Part shown: positions 26,476 through 33,736 of the stretch, piece by piece
Layout of the letters: each line of letters begins with the position of its first letter
How positions within the stretch are numbered: the first letter of the stretch is position 1
IMG/VR virus record: IMGVR_UViG_3300037465_000124
Span: 1-35,654 of that record
DNA from: a virus
Taxonomy: Duplodnaviria; Caudoviricetes
Direction: 5' to 3' (one strand)
DNA: 35,654 nucleotides
Translations under genes and position numbers: made by a program
The notes under the pieces: model-generated
The model's database searches: none
Told to the model about the DNA's origin: nothing
The model's input: the letters and a program-made list of their open reading frames with translations, nothing else

Positions 26476-26634
26476 GTGATCTTCGCCCTCATCGCCGCCG
26501 TCTGCTCTCTCATGACCGGCTACGTGCTCATCGCCGGGCATCGCGGCTACCGGCAGTGGCGAGCGGCGTCGGCGTGCTCTTGTAATCGGCACGGCTGGGA
26601 TCCCTGGTGCGTTGTTCACGGGCGGGGGCGATGA
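26476..26634 (+). CDS. Small membrane-anchored protein
   Basis: SD GGAG; N-terminal hydrophobic stretch; C.C..H..C..H tail. Confidence 0.5.
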   Translation: MIFALIAAVCSLMTGYVLIAGHRGYRQWRAASACSCNRHGWDPWCVVHGRGR

Positions 26635-26837
26635 GCGCGACTGAGCACGCGACCATCGGACGCGGCGGAACCGCGTCCGCTACACCTGGCGCGCGGACGT
26701 GCTGCGCGAAATCTCGGCAGCGGTGCGCTTCATCAGCTCGGAGCCGGATGCACTACGCCGGTGCCGGCCCGAAGTCGGGCGGTCGCTCACTCGACGGGCG
26801 GACGTGGGACGAGATGCCGGAGATGCCCGCCGCATGA
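26631..26837 (+). pseudogene. Collapsed Gp37/Gp68 (DUF5131) remnant
   Basis: RADVLREISAAVRFISSEP and PKSGGRSLDGRTWDEMP in different frames within ~200 bp. Confidence 0.75.
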
Positions 26838-26980
26838 GCAACCTCGTCATCCTCCTCGCCTCGTTCGCCTTCCTCGCCGGGCTCTTCGCCGCGCTCGCGG
26901 GGATCGCGGACCTGCTCGGGCGCCTATGGTCGGAGTGGGACCCGGCGCGGGACGGGCTCGTTCCGTGGAGGCGGCGATGA
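26834..26980 (+). CDS. Small membrane protein
   Basis: MSNLVILLASFAFLAGLFAALAGIADLL...; ATGA overlaps. Confidence 0.55.
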   Translation: MSNLVILLASFAFLAGLFAALAGIADLLGRLWSEWDPARDGLVPWRRR

Positions 26981-27750
26981 GCGGGGTCTACAAGTTCCTG
27001 AACGGGCGCGAGGCCCCGAACGTCCCCGGCTACCGCTACCGGCTCGGCCACTGGCGCGAAGTCCAGGGGCCGCTCGTCGTCTGCCGCAATGGGATCCACC
27101 TCCTGCGCTCCGAGCACCTCTCGCGCTGGAGCGCTCGCGACCTCTACCGGGCTGAGTACGACGGGGAGCTGCTGGAGGCTGGCGACAAGATCGTTGTCCG
27201 TCGGGCCCGTATCGTCGAGCACTTGAAGGGTTGGACCGAGCGCACGGCCCGACTTGCGGCGGTGGACTTCGCAGAGGCGGTGCTGCCGATCTTCGGGGCG
27301 CACTATCCCGACGACGACCGCCCGCGTAAGGCGATCGAGGCTGCGCGCGGCTACGTGAACGGGCTAATCGGGAGAGACGCTTTGCGCGCCGCCCGCGCCG
27401 CCTCCGCCGCCTCCGCCGACGCCGCCCGCGCCGCCGCCCGCGCCGCCGCCGACGCCGCCGCCGACGCCGCCGCCTACGCCGCCGCCTCCGCCGCCGCCGA
27501 CGCCGCCTACGCCGCCGCCTCCGCCGCCGCCTACGCCGCCGCCGACGCCGCCGACGCCGCCGCCTACTACGCCTCCGCCGCCTCCGCCGACGCCGCCCGC
27601 GCCGCCGCCTACGCCGCCGCCGACGCCGCCGCCTCCGCCTCCGCCGCCGACGACGACGACGCCTACTACGCCTACTACCCCGCCCGCGCCGCCGCCTACG
27701 CCGCCCAAGGCGAGATCATCCTCGACTACGCATACGGGAGGCGGGGATGA
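26977..27750 (+). CDS. Phage protein with Imm5-like domain and poly-Ala tail
   Basis: YKF..CRNGIH N-terminal domain; FAEAVLPIF..YPDDDRPRKAIEAAR; Ala-rich repeat. Confidence 0.7.
   Translation: MSGVYKFLNGREAPNVPGYRYRLGHWREVQGPLVVCRNGIHLLRSEHLSRWSARDLYRAEYDGELLEAGDKIVVRRARIVEHLKGWTERTARLAAVDFAEAVLPIFGAHYPDDDRPRKAIEAARGYVNGLIGRDALRAARAASAASADAARAAARAAADAAADAAAYAAASAAADAAYAAASAAAYAAADAADAAAYYASAASADAARAAAYAAADAAASASAADDDDAYYAYYPARAAAYAAQGEIILDYAYGRRG
27388..27706 (+). repeat. Imperfect (GCC)n trinucleotide array encoding the Ala-rich tract
   Basis: ~105 codons, nearly all GCC, interspersed with GAC/TAC/TCC/CGC. Confidence 0.95.
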
Positions 27751-27875
27751 CCGCCCTCGCTGCCGTTTGCGTCCTTACGCTCGGCACCCTACTCGCGCCT
27801 GCGCCTATCGCCTGGTTCTGCCTCACCGCGCTCGCGGCGCTCTGGATCGTGACGCCCGTGGGGGTGCGGCGGTGA
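27747..27875 (+). CDS. Small membrane protein (42 aa)
   Basis: MTALAAVCVLTLGTLLAPAPIAWFCLTALAALWIVTPVGVRR; overlaps at both ends. Confidence 0.5.
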   Translation: MTALAAVCVLTLGTLLAPAPIAWFCLTALAALWIVTPVGVRR

Positions 27876-28369
27876 GCCTGACAACGATTTCGCACAAGAA
27901 GGGCCGCGTCTACCACCGCCACTTCGATCACGACGAGGCACGACGGCTGCGCGCTGAGGGGCTGTGGACGTACTCGCGGCTTGCCGAGCACTTCGGAGTT
28001 TCGGAGGCCGCCGTCATGCGGGTGTGTAACCCCGAGTTCCGTGCCCGCATGGACGCACGCTTGAAGGAGTTCGTGTGGCGCAACAAGCGTGAGCCGTGCA
28101 AGGGCGAGTGTGGGCGGCTTGTCTGGATGATGACTAAGGGCCGAAGCGGCTATTGCCAGAGTTGCCTCGGCGAGCGTCGCGTGGCTGCGGATGTACGCGA
28201 GGGAGAGCTCCGCTGGACGCAGTGCCGCCAGTGGAAGCCCGATAGCGAGTTTGGTCACAACAAGAACAAGGCGCGTCGGGGACTCGGCCCGAGGACGCGA
28301 TCCCGGATGAGGATGTGTATGGCCCTTGACAGGCGCCGGCCCAGGGTGTATAGTCGTACACATGGATAG
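27872..28369 (+). CDS. HTH plus Cys-rich protein, probably 3'-truncated by the moron
   Basis: WTYSRLAEHFGVSEAAV HTH; CxxxC, CxxC and C..WKP.SEF motifs; its end runs through a promoter. Confidence 0.55.
   Translation: MSLTTISHKKGRVYHRHFDHDEARRLRAEGLWTYSRLAEHFGVSEAAVMRVCNPEFRARMDARLKEFVWRNKREPCKGECGRLVWMMTKGRSGYCQSCLGERRVAADVREGELRWTQCRQWKPDSEFGHNKNKARRGLGPRTRSRMRMCMALDRRRPRVYSRTHG
28326..28354 (+). promoter_or_regulatory. Near-consensus sigma70 promoter
   Basis: TTGACA-17nt-TATAGT, overlapped by inverted repeat GTGTA-N6-TACAC (28346-28361). Confidence 0.85.
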
Positions 28370-28390
28370 ACGACGACGAGAGGAGGACAG

Positions 28391-28903
28391 GTGAAGACTG
28401 TAGATGTTCCGGTGCGCGGAAAGAAATGGCGCATGGGTGCGCTGCTGCGAGAGGGCAACAGGCTGTATCGCGTGTCGAGTGGGCCAATCCACTACCACGA
28501 GGACTGCCTGCCGATGCAGCGCGTCAGCACTGTACGCGCACTGCCGCCTGACTGGCAGGCGGCAATGCGGCTGCTCGCGATCATGGACCAGGTGGAGATG
28601 GAGGGCACGCATACTCCCGAGTCTCGTGGCGCCTACGGCCCCCGCGCCGAGCAAGTGGCCCCCCTGCCCGCTGTGTCTGGCGAGGGGGTGCGATGGGAGG
28701 CGCGGCGTGATGCGGAGTCCTATGCATCGTATGACTGGATCGAGGTCTACGGCGACGTGCTCCGCTGTGTGCGGCCGATGTACGACGACAGCCCGGTGAT
28801 CACGTGGCTGTGCGATTCGGCTCTCGCGGACGAGGCGAGAGCGCTGATTGCGACCCGGCCGAGTCTGACCCGGTATCCCGCCGTCTGGGTGAGATCATTA
28901 TGA
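28391..28903 (+). CDS. Moron hypothetical protein 1
   Basis: SD AGGAGG then GTG, just after the promoter. Confidence 0.7.
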   Translation: MKTVDVPVRGKKWRMGALLREGNRLYRVSSGPIHYHEDCLPMQRVSTVRALPPDWQAAMRLLAIMDQVEMEGTHTPESRGAYGPRAEQVAPLPAVSGEGVRWEARRDAESYASYDWIEVYGDVLRCVRPMYDDSPVITWLCDSALADEARALIATRPSLTRYPAVWVRSL

Positions 28904-29100
28904 TCACCACAGCCCTCTACGATCAGATGACCGGAGACAGATACGAGTTGACCGGCCCCGGCACGTCGTGGTGGGAGGCAGGATACGTGCCGGGGTACCG
29001 CGTCTGTATGAGCGTCGTCCCGAACAGGGGCGACCCCCCGGCGTACGACGTCGGATCTCTCCGCCATCGTTTTGGCATCTATCCGCCCCCGACCGGATGA
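28900..29100 (+). CDS. Moron hypothetical protein 2
   Basis: ATGA overlaps at both ends. Confidence 0.55.
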   Translation: MITTALYDQMTGDRYELTGPGTSWWEAGYVPGYRVCMSVVPNRGDPPAYDVGSLRHRFGIYPPPTG

Positions 29101-29375
29101 CCTCCCTCTACGAGAACATCGTCCACGCCGCACTTCGCGAGAGCCCGCCTCTGGGCTCTCCGCGTGAAGGCGTCCCGGTCCATCCCGAGGACGCTCGGCA
29201 GGCGCTCGCCTGGTACGCGGAGATGCACGCCGCGGGCTCGCGCATCAGGGCCGAGGCCATGCTCGAGCTCGCGGCCTGGGCGCGGGCCGGCAAGCGCGCC
29301 GGTCTGAGCGTGTCGGAGATCGCACGCCAAGCCGGGGTGACGCGAGTTACCGTGTACAACTTGCTCCGCGACTGA
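29097..29375 (+). CDS. Moron HTH DNA-binding protein
   Basis: GLSVSEIARQAGVTRVTVYNLL. Confidence 0.75.
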   Translation: MTSLYENIVHAALRESPPLGSPREGVPVHPEDARQALAWYAEMHAAGSRIRAEAMLELAAWARAGKRAGLSVSEIARQAGVTRVTVYNLLRD

Positions 29376-29405
29376 GCGGAGCGGACCTGCTACGATAGGT
29401 GGGTT

Positions 29406-29453
29406 GGTTCCCCCCGGCCCGAGGTACGCCCTCGGACGGAGCGGGAGCCTTTT
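29406..29453 (+). terminator. Hairpin plus short U-tract after the moron
   Basis: GGTTCCC..CCGAGG-TACGC-CCTCGG..GGGAGCC-TTTT. Confidence 0.55.
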
Positions 29454-29456
29454 CAG

Positions 29457-29774
29457 ATGGACACGAAGCGGCTCCTCGTCACCGACGATGAGGGCAACGT
29501 CTGCGGCTCCCTGCTGCTGACGATGCACGAGAGCGACGAGCGCGTCACGCTCAAGCTCTCCCCCGGTCAGCTGCGAGCGCTACACGCGAAGTGCAACGCG
29601 CAAGACCGCATTCTGGATTCAGAGCGAGGCGCGGCCAGAGCGGCTGCGCTTGCCGATGCCCGCGCCGAGTTCGGGCGCGAAGTCGAGCACTTCTCGGACT
29701 TGACCGCAATCGAGGCGAGCTGGCTGCTCGATCACCTCGAGAACGCGATCGTTGGAGCGCGTGCCGAGCGGTGA
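29457..29774 (+). CDS. Hypothetical protein
   Basis: 105 aa; SPGQLRALHA..FSDLTAIEASWLLDHL. Confidence 0.65.
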   Translation: MDTKRLLVTDDEGNVCGSLLLTMHESDERVTLKLSPGQLRALHAKCNAQDRILDSERGAARAAALADARAEFGREVEHFSDLTAIEASWLLDHLENAIVGARAER

Positions 29775-29974
29775 GGCCGAAGCAGGCCAAGCGCCAAGCG
29801 AACAACGCCCATGCTCAGAAGTTCCGCCGCCGGAACAGGAAGTTGAAGCGCGAGGAGCGCCGGCAGCGGATGGAGCGGCGTGAGGCCGAGTGGCTCCGAC
29901 GAGCAGGGATTGAGCGGGACATGAGCCATCCGCTCGTCCTCGGGCCGGGCCGAGCGAAGAGGCGCAAGCAGTGA
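29771..29974 (+). CDS. Small basic protein
   Basis: GTGA overlaps at both ends. Confidence 0.45.
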   Translation: MRPKQAKRQANNAHAQKFRRRNRKLKREERRQRMERREAEWLRRAGIERDMSHPLVLGPGRAKRRKQ

Positions 29975-30477
29975 GTGTCATGACGGTCTGCCCTGTTCTC
30001 GGCTGCCGCCGGTTGACGACGGGCGGCCGCTGCGCCGAGCACCGCCGGGCCGAGGTATTGCGCCGGCGGGCGAAGAACGTGACGCAGCGGAACAAGACGG
30101 CGCACTGGAAGCGAGTGTGCGCTGCGGTATTGGCCCGTGACGGCTACCGCTGTCGGCTCTGCTGGGTGGGGAAGAACTTGACCGTTCATCTCACGCAGTC
30201 GCTCGCTGGCCGACATGATCTGGCGACTGAGGACGACTGCCTGACGCTATGCAGGTCGTGCCACGGATCCACCGATGCGCCGAGGGCCGCGAGGTCCGCT
30301 CGGCTTTACGAAGCGACCCAGCCCCCGCTCAGTCGCTCCACGCCGTCGAGCGTAAGCTCGCTTGCGCGGAACCCCCGGGTTTCGCGCAGCGCGTTAGAGG
30401 CTAGGAGGGTACACGTGGTCCCGAGACACGTTCGTGCCGAACTGGGAGGAGACGATGCGTGCGATGGACTCCTGTGA
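29971..30477 (+). CDS. HNH endonuclease
   Basis: VLARDGYRCRLC..LTVH..TLCRSCH. Confidence 0.8.
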   Translation: MSVMTVCPVLGCRRLTTGGRCAEHRRAEVLRRRAKNVTQRNKTAHWKRVCAAVLARDGYRCRLCWVGKNLTVHLTQSLAGRHDLATEDDCLTLCRSCHGSTDAPRAARSARLYEATQPPLSRSTPSSVSSLARNPRVSRSALEARRVHVVPRHVRAELGGDDACDGLL

Positions 30478-31519
30478 GTTGCGCTTTGCAGCGAGTTCGC
30501 GCGTTGTCACTCCCCTCGCGCGACGCGAGAGGAGGTTCCTGCCCGCCCGAGCTCTGCGAGACGCGCTGCGCGCGTTGTCACACGGAGGGGCGGTCGGAAA
30601 AATCTCTAGGTGTTTCCGGTTGCGGCAGCCCGCGCGAAGAGGCCGGGAAGCCAGCGAGGGAGCAGGAGTCATCCGGGCCGCGGTGACGACACTCGCCGTC
30701 ACGCTCTCCCTCGCTTGCCCGGCCGCTCAGGCCGAAGGATCGGGCGCGGCCGTAGGCGGTGACCCTTCCTCCGTCGTAACGGAGACCGAGCCGCGGATGC
30801 TGCCGCGCGTGACGGGTGTTGGGGCACTGCTCGCAGCCACGAGCGCTTCGGCGGTCCGCGCAGCGGGTTTCGCGGTGACGGATTCTGTGCGGTCGCGCCC
30901 GAGCACTTGTCCCGCTGCTCGCAAGGCGCTGCGCTTCTTCACGGCGCGCGAGGCAGAGTGGCGGGCGAGGATGCCTGCGTCCAGCAGGCTAGGGGGCAGG
31001 GAAAGAGTCGACCACCGGTCCATGTCGCCCTGCCCCCGCCTCCGTCGCGCAGCGCTCCGCGCGCAGGCCCGCGCCAGGGCCGCCAGGAGCCGCTGGGAGC
31101 GCTTCTGGGGGGCCGAGCGAGGTCACGTCATCCGTCGGCTCGAGCGGGGGATGCGAGGAACGCCGATGGCGGGCACGGGGATCCTGCTTGAGCGCCACGG
31201 TCGTCGCTACGGCGTCTCCCCCTACTTCATGGTCGCGGTCGCGGCGACCGAGAGCTCGATCGGGCGCGTGCCCTGCCGCAACAACCGGCGCAACGTGTGG
31301 GGGCTCGCGAGCTGCGTCAACACCTGGCCGGTCCCCTACTTCGCGACCTGGGACGCGGCGATCTCGTTCTACGCGCGCTTCCTCGCCCGCCGCTGGCCGG
31401 GGCACTCGACGCCGTACTCGTTCCGGGGCTACGCGGCCTGCTCGGACTGCTGGTCGCGGAAGATCAGCTATTGGATGCGGGCGCTTTTCGGGGTCAGGCC
31501 GGTGACGAGGTATCCGTGA
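30455..31519 (+). CDS. Secreted lysozyme-like/glucosaminidase-like peptidoglycan hydrolase (start uncertain: 30455, 30671 or 30683)
   Basis: Signal-like AAVTTLAVTLSLACPAAQA; YGVSPYFMVAVAATESSIG..NVWGL..FATWDAAISFYARFL. Confidence 0.7.
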   Translation: MRAMDSCELRFAASSRVVTPLARRERRFLPARALRDALRALSHGGAVGKISRCFRLRQPARRGREASEGAGVIRAAVTTLAVTLSLACPAAQAEGSGAAVGGDPSSVVTETEPRMLPRVTGVGALLAATSASAVRAAGFAVTDSVRSRPSTCPAARKALRFFTAREAEWRARMPASSRLGGRERVDHRSMSPCPRLRRAALRAQARARAARSRWERFWGAERGHVIRRLERGMRGTPMAGTGILLERHGRRYGVSPYFMVAVAATESSIGRVPCRNNRRNVWGLASCVNTWPVPYFATWDAAISFYARFLARRWPGHSTPYSFRGYAACSDCWSRKISYWMRALFGVRPVTRYP

Positions 31520-31764
31520 TGGAGCCCTACCTCGCCGACCCCGACGTCACGATCTACCACGGAGACGCGCTCGCCTGCCTGCGCGAGCTGCCGGACGAGT
31601 CGGTTCTCGCGCAGCTGCGCCGGGCAGACGACGCTCGCAAGCTCGGACGGCGCAGCAGCGGTGCGCTCTCGCCGTCTCGCGCATGGTGGAGGTGGCGGCA
31701 TGAGGGAGCACGAGGTTTTTCGGCTGGGCGTCCGAGAGGCGACGCGCGCAGCAGCGCGAGTTGA
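31519..31764 (+). pseudogene. N-terminal stub of an N4/N6 DNA methyltransferase fused to unrelated sequence
   Basis: MEPYLADPDVTIYHGDALACLRELPDESV, then similarity stops just before the expected (D/S)PPY motif. Confidence 0.7.
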
Positions 31765-31927
31765 GCTGCGGTTCAACGGTGTTAATCTCGTGTTCGTGTC
31801 AGACCTGCTCGCAAGCGAGTTACGCGTCTGGTCAGACCCCGTGCAAATCATGCTCGAGCCCAGTCGCGAGGGAGAAGGATTGCTCGACATGCATGTGCGA
31901 CCGACTGCCCGACGAGACGATTCCTGA
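31700..31927 (+). CDS. Hypothetical protein
   Basis: SD GGAGGT then ATG 31700. Confidence 0.55.
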   Translation: MREHEVFRLGVREATRAAARVELRFNGVNLVFVSDLLASELRVWSDPVQIMLEPSREGEGLLDMHVRPTARRDDS

Positions 31928-31949
31928 TGCCCACCCCGAGGAGGATTCC

Positions 31950-32183
31950 ATGAGCGAGAGAGTCCCCGCCGGCGCCTTCCCCGAGTCCGCTCGCGCCGAG
32001 CAGGAGATCGCACGCAAGGTACTCGGCTCGAACCGGCGAGCGTTCGACTCGCGCTCCAAATCGCTCGCCGAGATGCGAACCGCAGTCAACGAGCACGAGC
32101 AGCGCATCGCTGCGCTCGAGGGAGGCGGCAACCTGGCCGGGATCGAGGCAAAGCTCGAGGACCTGCTCGGGAGGGCATGGTGA
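31950..32183 (+). CDS. Hypothetical coiled-coil protein
   Basis: SD GAGGAGG then ATG 31950. Confidence 0.6.
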   Translation: MSERVPAGAFPESARAEQEIARKVLGSNRRAFDSRSKSLAEMRTAVNEHEQRIAALEGGGNLAGIEAKLEDLLGRAW

Positions 32184-32423
32184 GCGCGTCGGAGAAGCTG
32201 CGGGCGATGTTTTGAGGCGTGGGAGTCAGTTGAGTTTCCACCGGACGTTCCGTCGCCATTGAGATGGATCGATGCCCTCCCGCAGATCGTGGCCGTGGTG
32301 GAGGCGGCGGAGGACTTGCCCCAGCCGCATGAAGACGAAGACGATCACTGGACGCTGACGGATACAGATGATCTGCGAGCAGTGGCGAAGGCCCTCGCCG
32401 CCCTCGACGAGGCGCTGTCGTGA
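32180..32423 (+). pseudogene. Small gene split by a +1 frameshift at TTT-TGA (32210-32215)
   Basis: Removing one T gives an 80-aa ORF MSASEKLRAMFEAW..ALPQIVAVVEAAE..ALAALDEALS with GTGA overlaps at both ends. Confidence 0.6.
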
Positions 32424-32614
32424 GCACCTATACCCATGGCTATGCGTGTTCTGCCTGCGGCGGATGGATTCCAATCGGGTATTGGCACAGGTGCTGGTCA
32501 CTATCGCCGGGCGGCTCGTGGGATCGCATGTCAGATGTGCGAATCGCAAACGCTCTCGAGCACATAGCTGCTGCTCTTGAGCAACTCGTAGCCGTCGAGC
32601 GAGGCGCTCAGTGA
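32420..32614 (+). CDS. Small Zn-ribbon-like protein
   Basis: CSACGG..HRC; GTGA overlaps. Confidence 0.55.
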   Translation: MSTYTHGYACSACGGWIPIGYWHRCWSLSPGGSWDRMSDVRIANALEHIAAALEQLVAVERGAQ

Positions 32615-33303
32615 GCACGCTCGCCCGCCTCGACTCCACGCTCGACGCCGTGCTCGCAAGCCCCCGACTGCTACGGACCCACGGAGCTTTCCTCCGCACC
32701 CCCGACGGGAACGCTGAGACTGTCGCCTCAGACATGGGATCGGATATCGGCTGGCTCGCGCTCAACGTTGGGGACGGGCATTCATGGGAGGAGTGGCGGC
32801 AGACGCGGGACATAGCCGCCCGGAACGGCGTCAGCGTGTACCCGTGGGAGCGATGCCACGACGAAAGCTACCTACGGCACCTGCTCGAGCTCGCCGAGAT
32901 ACACGCAGTCCAGCCGCTACCGAATCTCGAGCAGGAACTCGACGACGGTACGCTCCCAGCGGCCAGGGTCGGGAAGGTGTGCGCTGAGTACCCAGTTACA
33001 GTCGTGGGCTGGTCGCTCGTCGCCTGGCTCTATGCGGACGTGGACTTCTTGCCGCTCACGGATAGGCCCGCGCTCCTGCAGGTATTCCCCGCCGACAACC
33101 GCTGGACGCCTGAGGAGCTCCCCGCGAAGCAGCGCGATTGCATCCGCCATGCTCGGCGCAAGGGCTTCCTCCACGTCGGGGTGACGCATCAGACCTACGC
33201 CGGTGCTGAGCCGGAGTGGTACGCCTACCACCGCGGCCCTCGCAGCCTGTTTACGGGCGATGACATGGGTACAGGGAACTGGGCGAGGTGGAGGCCCGAC
33301 TAA
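32611..33303 (+). CDS. Hypothetical protein, possibly a glycoside-hydrolase-like barrel
   Basis: 230 aa; GWLALNV, NLEQE and LLQVF strand patterns (weak). Confidence 0.55.
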   Translation: MSTLARLDSTLDAVLASPRLLRTHGAFLRTPDGNAETVASDMGSDIGWLALNVGDGHSWEEWRQTRDIAARNGVSVYPWERCHDESYLRHLLELAEIHAVQPLPNLEQELDDGTLPAARVGKVCAEYPVTVVGWSLVAWLYADVDFLPLTDRPALLQVFPADNRWTPEELPAKQRDCIRHARRKGFLHVGVTHQTYAGAEPEWYAYHRGPRSLFTGDDMGTGNWARWRPD

Positions 33304-33320
33304 CCGCCGAAGGAGGCATA

Positions 33321-33626
33321 ATGACTGAGATGGCAACGCAGGAGCAGGCGTTCGACGCCAGTGCGTTCGACCTTCCCATCCCTCGTGACCGCTACGGGCG
33401 AAAGGCAGACAAGCTCGTCGTCTCGCTTGGCTCGATCGAGCTCGACCGTACCTCAGAGGATGACCTCAACGTGTTCAACGCGCTCGAGCACGGAAACTAC
33501 GTTGAGCTTCGCGTGGTGGCGTTCGTGGCGCAGGCAAGCGACGTGGCGAAGGTGGACGGCGAGGGCGAGGAGGAGACGGAGATGAAGCGTTCCCTGCGCG
33601 TCACCCGAGTGGAGCTGACACCCTGA
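33321..33626 (+). CDS. Hypothetical acidic protein
   Basis: SD AAGGAGG then ATG 33321. Confidence 0.7.
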   Translation: MTEMATQEQAFDASAFDLPIPRDRYGRKADKLVVSLGSIELDRTSEDDLNVFNALEHGNYVELRVVAFVAQASDVAKVDGEGEEETEMKRSLRVTRVELTP

Positions 33627-33736
33627 CCACGCTCGTTGCCCCGTCCACCGCTGAGGCGAGCTCGCGCCTCGCCCAGCGCAAGCACGCCCGCATCGGCGAG
33701 CTCTACGACCGCTGCCAGTGGTACGAGCTGATCCTC

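Noticed and set aside
27364-27708. Poly-Gly/Val minus-strand ORF
   Set aside because: Antisense of the GCC array
28238-28245. CCCGATAG, plus CGGATAG at ~33059 and ~34306 and minus-strand CGATAG at ~20101, ~27805 and ~32501
   Set aside because: Intragenic or mismatched and not positioned before a credible gene start; treated as background
30400-30680. c-di-AMP or cobalamin riboswitch
   Set aside because: Conserved consensus elements not found by eye; kept only as an unknown structured candidate
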